From Schaalia meyeri (GTDB lineage: Bacteria > Actinomycetota > Actinomycetes > Actinomycetales > Actinomycetaceae), in assembly GCF_900105015.1 (NCBI RefSeq), contig NZ_FNLK01000015.1, positions 1-32,000 of the forward strand: 32,000 bases of DNA, given 5' to 3'. A program made the position numbers and the translations under genes. Below are positions 27,448 to 32,000 of the stretch, in pieces; position 1 is the stretch's first letter, and every line of letters starts with the position of its first letter. The notes beneath the pieces are model-generated. The model worked only from the letters and a program-made list of their open reading frames with translations, ran no database searches and was not told the DNA's origin.

Positions 27448-28215
27448 TTAGCGCAGCAAGGCGGCCAGGGTGTCGGCCGTGAAGTCGCGCAGGTCTAAGA
27501 CGACTTGGCCGTCTCGGCACACGAGCACGCGGTCCGCGTATGCGGCGGTCCTGGTGTCGTGGGTAACCATGATGACGCTTTGGCCCAGTTCGTCGACGGC
27601 TCGGCGCAGCAGGTCCATCACCTCGCCGGTGGAGTGGGAGTCGAGGTTTCCGGTGGGTTCGTCTGCGACGATGACGGCGGGGCGGCTCATGAGGGCGCGG
27701 GCGACGGCGACGCGCTGCTGTTGGCCGCCGGACATTTCGTAGGGCCGGTGGCTCAGGCGATCCCCGATGCCCAGGGAGGCCACGATCAGGTCAAACCAGT
27801 CGCGTTCGGGGGAGGTGCCGGCCAGGCGCATGGGCAGCAGGATGTTGGCGCGCGCGTCCAGGGTGGGGACCAGGTTGAAGGACTGGAACACGAAGCCGAT
27901 GCGGTCGCGGCGCAGCCTCGTCAGGGCGGTGTCGTTCAGGGCCGTGATGTCGGTGTCTTCGACGTAGACGCGACCTGAGGTGGGCGCGTCCAGCCCGGCG
28001 AGGATGTGCATCATCGTGGACTTGCCGGATCCGGAGGGGCCCATGATGGCGGTGAACTCGCCGGCCCCGAAGCCGACGCTCACGCCCGCGAGGGCGCGCA
28101 CCTGCGCGTCCCCGCTCCCATAGATTTTGGACACCTCCTCGAGTCGGACGATGGGCGAGGCCTGGGCCTCCTGGGTGGCCGCGCGGGCCTGGGTGGATAC
28201 AGTGTTTGTGTTCAT
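27448..28215 (-). CDS. ABC transporter ATP-binding protein (MacB/LolD-type)
   Basis: GPSGSGKST (Walker A), MSGGQQQRVAVARAL (signature), VIVADEPTGNLD (Walker B), MVTHD (H-loop). Confidence 0.92.
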   Translation of the reverse strand: MNTNTVSTQARAATQEAQASPIVRLEEVSKIYGSGDAQVRALAGVSVGFGAGEFTAIMGPSGSGKSTMMHILAGLDAPTSGRVYVEDTDITALNDTALTRLRRDRIGFVFQSFNLVPTLDARANILLPMRLAGTSPERDWFDLIVASLGIGDRLSHRPYEMSGGQQQRVAVARALMSRPAVIVADEPTGNLDSHSTGEVMDLLRRAVDELGQSVIMVTHDTRTAAYADRVLVCRDGQVVLDLRDFTADTLAALLR

Positions 28216-28295
28216 GCATCCATCCTGCGCGGCGCGGGCGGCCCGGCGCTACGGAGGTTATCCCTGATTGCCCCCTGAACGCACCCGGGGGCGCG

Positions 28296-30065
28296 TCAGG
28301 GGCCGGTCGGAGACTCGTGCTGGGGGTGCTCGGGGTGGGGGGAGCGCAGGGCCAGTCCGCGGTAGCGGTTGATCGCCGCGCCCACGTCGATCAGGCGCGG
28401 GCGTGCGAGGAACGCCGGGTAGGGGCGGGCGCCGAATTTACAGGCGGCGTCCAGGCCCTCGGAGGCCAGGCGTCGGCCCAGCTTGGCCAGCAGGTCTGGC
28501 AGGGACTGTTTTCCGGCCATTTCTTCGAGAACACCGCGCACGCACCACGCGATGGCCTCGGCCTGGCCGGGATCGACGACCGCCTCCACGTCGGAGATGT
28601 CGATGGCTTGGCGGTCCAGGGTCAGGGTCTGCGTGCCCGATGCCTTGGTGCGCGGTCGGTCCGCGCGGGCTTTCGGTCGAGGCACACGCGGGGCGGCCTC
28701 CCAGATGGCGGGCGCGTCGGTGCGGGGGCGCGGCAGGTCGGTGGCGACCTGGCGAGCACGGTCGGTCACGTCCAGGCAGCGGTAGTTGTCCATCATGAGA
28801 ACCCGGTCGGCGGCGTCCAGGAAGGCGCCCGATCCTCCGACGACCATGATCAGCGATGTACCGGCCCGGGTCAGGGAGGCCACGCGGTCCACGAGCGGCG
28901 TGATCGGTTCCTTGTCGGCGGCCACCAGGTCACGCATGCGCGTGTCGCGGATGAGGAGGTTCGTCGCGGAGGTGTCCTCGTCGATGAGCAGCGCGCGGGC
29001 GCCCAGCTCCAGGGACTCGATGATCGAGGCCGCCTGCGACGTGGATCCCGACGCGTTCTCCGTCGAGAAGCTGGTGGTGTCCATCCCACCCGGCAGGTGG
29101 GTGATGAACGGGGAAATATCGACGCCCGTGACGGCTCGACCGTCGGCGGCGCGCACTTTCGTGGCGGTGGGGTCGGTGGCGACCAGCTCACGGCCGTCCC
29201 CGGGCACGTGCGCGTACACGCCCTGAGCGATGGCCTCAAGCAGCGTGGATTTGCCGTGGTATCCGCCGCCCACGATCAGCGTCAGGCCGGCGGGAATCGC
29301 CATGCCGGATACCTCGCCCGCGTGCGGCAGCGTCACCGAGGCGCGCAGGGAGTCGGGGGCGGTGAAGGCGACGACGCCCTCGCCCGCCAGGGGCGCTTCG
29401 GACACGCCGGAGCGGCGGGCCAGGAGGGATTGGTCGGCGACGAAGGACACCCACCCGTTAGCCTCCAGCTGTTCCTGGAGTGCCCGGTAGTCCTCGTACG
29501 TGGCGACGTGCGCCAGCAGGCGGGAACGTTTGCGGGTCGTTTCCGGGTCCTGGGAGATAAAGTCGAAGCAATCCATGATGACGTTGGGCACGTCCACGTC
29601 AAAGAGTCGGGCCGCGCTCTTGCCCAGGATGGTGCGCCCGCGCGCGGGGAGCTTCACCTGGAAGCGCACCTCAACGCGATCGGGCAGCACGCTGGCGTAG
29701 GAGCGTTGCAGGATGAGCGCGCCCGCACGGGCGATGGACAGGTCGCGCGCTGCGCGACCGCGGATGGCTTCGTCGAAGGCTCGGGCCAGAAAGTCCGCGG
29801 CCGCCAGGCGCGCGTCCGACGAGGCCAGGGCGGCCTCGGGCAGGCCCATCGCCCGGGGGGTCGTGTAGGCCCGCAGGGCCGACGGCGGCGCGTAGGGGTC
29901 CGCCTGGACGTGGTCGACCGCGAGGGTGAAGTCACCGTAGTCCCACGCGCCCGCGAGGTTCTTGTAGAAGCCGTAGGGCCGCCCGTCCGCGTGACGCAGC
30001 TGGGCCAGCAGGTCAGCATCGGTTCCGGCGACTGAGCGGGAGGGGGCTTCGTATCGGGGAGTCAT
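28296..30065 (-). CDS. ABC-class ATPase domain protein (COG3044 / ABC_ATPase, MRB1590-like), function unknown
   Basis: 589 aa. N-terminal GRPYGFYKNLAGAWDYGDFTLAVDHVQADPYAPPS, Walker A GGGYHGKSTLLEAI and Walker B ALLIDEDTSATN match the layout of the predicted ATPase of the ABC class. No TM segments. Confidence 0.7.
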   Translation of the reverse strand: MTPRYEAPSRSVAGTDADLLAQLRHADGRPYGFYKNLAGAWDYGDFTLAVDHVQADPYAPPSALRAYTTPRAMGLPEAALASSDARLAAADFLARAFDEAIRGRAARDLSIARAGALILQRSYASVLPDRVEVRFQVKLPARGRTILGKSAARLFDVDVPNVIMDCFDFISQDPETTRKRSRLLAHVATYEDYRALQEQLEANGWVSFVADQSLLARRSGVSEAPLAGEGVVAFTAPDSLRASVTLPHAGEVSGMAIPAGLTLIVGGGYHGKSTLLEAIAQGVYAHVPGDGRELVATDPTATKVRAADGRAVTGVDISPFITHLPGGMDTTSFSTENASGSTSQAASIIESLELGARALLIDEDTSATNLLIRDTRMRDLVAADKEPITPLVDRVASLTRAGTSLIMVVGGSGAFLDAADRVLMMDNYRCLDVTDRARQVATDLPRPRTDAPAIWEAAPRVPRPKARADRPRTKASGTQTLTLDRQAIDISDVEAVVDPGQAEAIAWCVRGVLEEMAGKQSLPDLLAKLGRRLASEGLDAACKFGARPYPAFLARPRLIDVGAAINRYRGLALRSPHPEHPQHESPTGP

Positions 30066-30144
30066 GCCTTAAGAATACAGGCGAAACCACCGGCGGCGGA
30101 GAACCGCCTGCTGGCCGGGCGCCCAGGGAATGCTCGCGCGAGAA

Positions 30145-30549
30145 CTACGCCTCCAGGCTCATGAGAAATAAGGCGATGCCGACGATAACGATGATGACCT
30201 GGAGGACAACCATGATGATCGAGACCAGTCGCGCCGCCCTCACTGCGGACCGTACATCGGCGGGCGTCTCCTCCGCCCGCGCCTTCCGGGCCAGAATGAT
30301 CGCCCATATCATGACCGGTATCGACACCGCGAGATGCAGGGTAAACCAGCTGAGAATGGACAGGATGGTAATAACTGTTGAATACGTTCGAAGACTGTCA
30401 AACCTGCTGGGGCTCACCGGTGCGCAACCGGGCTGAGTACCGTAAGGGGTCTGTTGGCCGGGGGAAGCCTGTCCGTAGCCGGGTTGAGCAGCGTAGGGAG
30501 GCTGGGCGCCAGAGGGGGTGGAAGCGTACGGGTTCGCGGGATCGCTCAC
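30145..30549 (-). CDS. Pro/Tyr-rich two-TM protein, Pra/CD225(dispanin)-like, paralog 1
   Basis: GTG at 30549 is preceded by tggagca. The N-terminus VSDPANPYAST matches the MSDPANPY of its neighbours. A P/Q/G/Y tract is followed by two hydrophobic segments flanking KARAEETPADVRSAVRAAR. Confidence 0.65.
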   Translation of the reverse strand: MSDPANPYASTPSGAQPPYAAQPGYGQASPGQQTPYGTQPGCAPVSPSRFDSLRTYSTVITILSILSWFTLHLAVSIPVMIWAIILARKARAEETPADVRSAVRAARLVSIIMVVLQVIIVIVGIALFLMSLEA

Positions 30550-30586
30550 GGGATGCTCCACATCAAATCGCTGACAGTACCCGCCC

Positions 30587-30593
30587 ATCGTAG
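30587..30593 (-). promoter_or_regulatory. Putative -10 box (CTACGAT on the - strand) for paralog 1
   Basis: The same heptamer occurs upstream of paralog 2. It lies 38 nt upstream of the start codon. No convincing -35 box was seen. Confidence 0.3.
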
Positions 30594-30613
30594 CGCACGC
30601 CATCCGGCGCAAA

Positions 30614-30648
30614 ACAGCGGTGCCCGAAAAAACACCGGGCACCGCTGT
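30614..30648 (-). terminator. Rho-independent terminator downstream of paralog 2
   Basis: acagcggtgcccg (30614-30626) pairs perfectly with cgggcaccgctgt (30636-30648): 13 bp with a 9-nt loop. On the - strand the hairpin begins 15 nt after the stop and is followed by TTTG. Confidence 0.6.
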
Positions 30649-30662
30649 CGAGCGAGGCTTGT

Positions 30663-31082
30663 TCAGATATTTGGATCCGCGAGGATCGCCATGATCACGA
30701 TCAAGACCATGAACAGGATTACCGCGACGACAACTGCAATGTGGACAAAGGTGACGATCTTGGCGGTCGAACGCGCGCCCTGCACCTCCGTCGTAACGTC
30801 CGCCGGGGCGCCGAGGGACTGAGCCTCAGACACCATCTTGTTCGCCCAAACCCACATGCAAGCCGACAGGATTACCCCGCCGAACAGGAAGCTCAGGAAC
30901 GACAGCATGCGCACCATCGACGCATTCGAACGGATCTTCTCGACCGCGGGATTAAGCGCATACACCGGCTGCCCATAGACGGGCTGGCCGTAGGCGCCCT
31001 GCTGGCCTTGGGGCTGTTGCTGGCCGTAGGGGGGCTGCCCTGTCGAGGGGGCAGCGGAGTACGGGTTTGCGGGATCACTCAT
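30663..31082 (-). CDS. Pro/Tyr-rich two-TM protein, Pra/CD225(dispanin)-like, paralog 2
   Basis: ATG at 31082 is preceded by ttggagca. MSDPANPYSAAPSTGQPPYGQQQ... is followed by two hydrophobic segments flanking [24 protein letters not shown]. The longer ORF to 31199 is rejected. Confidence 0.7.
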   Translation of the reverse strand: MSDPANPYSAAPSTGQPPYGQQQPQGQQGAYGQPVYGQPVYALNPAVEKIRSNASMVRMLSFLSFLFGGVILSACMWVWANKMVSEAQSLGAPADVTTEVQGARSTAKIVTFVHIAVVVAVILFMVLIVIMAILADPNI

Positions 31083-31122
31083 GGGTTGCTCCAACTGGAC
31101 TCGTTGATCAGATACGCGGTTT

Positions 31123-31129
31123 ATCGTAG
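31123..31129 (-). promoter_or_regulatory. Putative -10 box (CTACGAT on the - strand) for paralog 2
   Basis: Identical heptamer to the one upstream of paralog 1. It lies 41 nt upstream of the ATG. Confidence 0.3.
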
Positions 31130-31256
31130 CCCATGTGCTACCCCTGCGGAAACGGGCCCCGGACCCCGACAGCGACAAACGGCGCGTTATTCCTGGCACA
31201 CCACCGGCCGCTGGCCGTAGAGCGGCGCGGGCTGCGGGATGTCACTCAGGGGCACG

Positions 31257-31321
31257 CGTTGGGGTCCCTGCGCGTCATCGCAGGGACCCCAACGTCCCCC
31301 GGCGGGCGCAGGCCCGCCGGG
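31257..31321 (-). terminator. Two adjacent strong stem-loops downstream of paralog 3
   Basis: cgttggggtccctgcg (31257-31272) pairs with cgcagggaccccaacg (31279-31294): 16 bp with a 6-nt loop. Next, cccggcggg (31298-31306) pairs with cccgccggg (31313-31321): 9 bp. Neither has a U-tract. Confidence 0.45.
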
Positions 31322-31371
31322 ATTCACCGCTTCGCTCACGGGACCATGATCCCGTCACGTGGCATCACCGA

Positions 31372-31863
31372 TCAGCTGTCGAGAAGGGCCCCGAGGAAGG
31401 CCAGCATGAAGATGAGGATAAAACCGGCCAGCTCGATAATGGCGCACACCATCGCCGTCGTGCGTGCTCCCCTGAGGTCGTTCATCACGTCCGCGGGGGC
31501 GCCGAGCGAGCGGGCCTCGTTCATCAGGCTATTGCCCCAGATCCAGGCCGGCACCGACAGAAACGGACCCAGGATAAGAAGGCTCACGAACCCCATGATG
31601 CGCACCGTCGACGCGTTCGAGCGGACACGCTCAACGGCGGGATTGATGGAATACATGGGCTGTCCGTACGCGGGCTGACCGTAGGACTGGCCGTACGGGG
31701 GCTGCGCGCCAGGCTGACTACCGTAAGATGCCTGCCCACCAGGCTGGCTGCCGTATGGGGGCTGTGCACCGGGCTGTCCGTACGGGGGCTGCGCGCCAGG
31801 CTGACTGCCGTACGGGGGCTGCGCGCCAGGCTGGTTGCCATAGGGATTCGTGGGGTCGCTCAT
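31372..31863 (-). CDS. Pro/Tyr-rich two-TM protein, Pra/CD225(dispanin)-like, paralog 3 (repeat-expanded N-terminus)
   Basis: The ATG is preceded by ccggagtaagcg. MSDPTNPYG is followed by 4-5 copies of (S)QPGAQPPYG, then two hydrophobic segments flanking [24 protein letters not shown]. Confidence 0.75.
   Translation of the reverse strand: MSDPTNPYGNQPGAQPPYGSQPGAQPPYGQPGAQPPYGSQPGGQASYGSQPGAQPPYGQSYGQPAYGQPMYSINPAVERVRSNASTVRIMGFVSLLILGPFLSVPAWIWGNSLMNEARSLGAPADVMNDLRGARTTAMVCAIIELAGFILIFMLAFLGALLDS
31691..31837. repeat. In-frame tandem repeat array (5 units of 30/27 nt) inside paralog 3
   Basis: Units lie at 31691-31720, 31721-31750, 31751-31777, 31778-31807 and 31808-31837. Units 1, 4 and 5 share the identical 26-nt core ccgtacgggggctgcgcgccaggctg. 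Units 2 and 3 are diverged. Confidence 0.9.
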
Positions 31864-31901
31864 CGCTTACTCCGGTCGGATAGGGGAAATATACCTCCCC
31901 C

Positions 31902-31907
31902 ATCATA
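31902..31907 (-). promoter_or_regulatory. Putative -10 box (TATGAT on the - strand) for paralog 3
   Basis: It lies 39 nt upstream of the ATG, the same spacing as the CTACGAT boxes of paralogs 1 and 2, and is followed by GGG as in paralog 1. Confidence 0.3.
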
Positions 31908-31920
31908 CGAGGTAGATTCA

Positions 31921-31949
31921 GAAAAACCGAACGTAGAACCAGACGTTCG
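31921..31949 (-). terminator. Rho-independent terminator for the unseen upstream (- strand) gene
   Basis: cgaacgt (31928-31934) pairs with acgttcg (31943-31949): 7 bp with an 8-nt loop. On the - strand it is followed by GTTTTTC (complement of 31921-31927). Confidence 0.5.
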
Positions 31950-32000
31950 CCCACCCTCACCCATCCCGGCCCCGACCTGTTTTGCCAAAAGGCAGCGCGG

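Noticed and set aside
1-32000. Search for tRNA/rRNA genes, riboswitches upstream of sdaA, the purine PRT, VIT1 and UPF0126 genes, mobile elements and toxin-antitoxin pairs.
   Set aside because: I saw no T-loop/anticodon-arm patterns, no conserved riboswitch cores (purine, glycine, yybP-ykoY), no transposase or integrase motifs, no inverted terminal repeats and no small overlapping ORF pairs. This visual scan cannot fully exclude small structured RNAs.

Overview
Visibly high-GC actinobacterial chromosomal DNA with strongly GC3-biased codons. Gene content is Actinomycetales-like, and the genus cannot be determined from the sequence alone. I support about 27 densely packed protein-coding genes. 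I found no rRNA, tRNA, CRISPR array, transposase or integrase. From left to right the window holds: an ABC-2 exporter plus a NarL-type two-component module, then a VanZ-like gene; a membrane-anchored DUF1524/His-Me nuclease; a UPF0126 channel-like protein plus an APC amino-acid permease; a PfkB kinase broken by a 1-nt frameshift; an alpha/beta-fold protein with an atypical nucleophile elbow; a YtxH-like protein and a ferritin-like/VIT1 protein; an ADP-ribosylglycohydrolase; an enlarged HrpA helicase translationally coupled to a SprT-like metalloprotease; a Gpt-like phosphoribosyltransferase coupled to a P-loop kinase; a DipZ-like CcdA-thioredoxin fusion; an MTA/SAH nucleosidase coupled to an LMW phosphatase; SdaA; a MacB-type ABC exporter; a COG3044 ABC-class ATPase; and three tandem paralogous Pro/Tyr-rich two-TM proteins (Pra/CD225-dispanin-like). 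Most of the window looks like ordinary core genome. The most unusual locus is at the right end (28.3-31.9 kb): the amplified dispanin-like genes, each with its own promoter-like box and hairpin, and one carrying an in-frame DNA tandem repeat. Other observations worth checking are the hrpA-sprT coupling, an identical 25-nt translation-initiation region shared by two unrelated genes, and an intergenic tandem repeat block. All family calls rest on motifs read by eye; no database search was possible.
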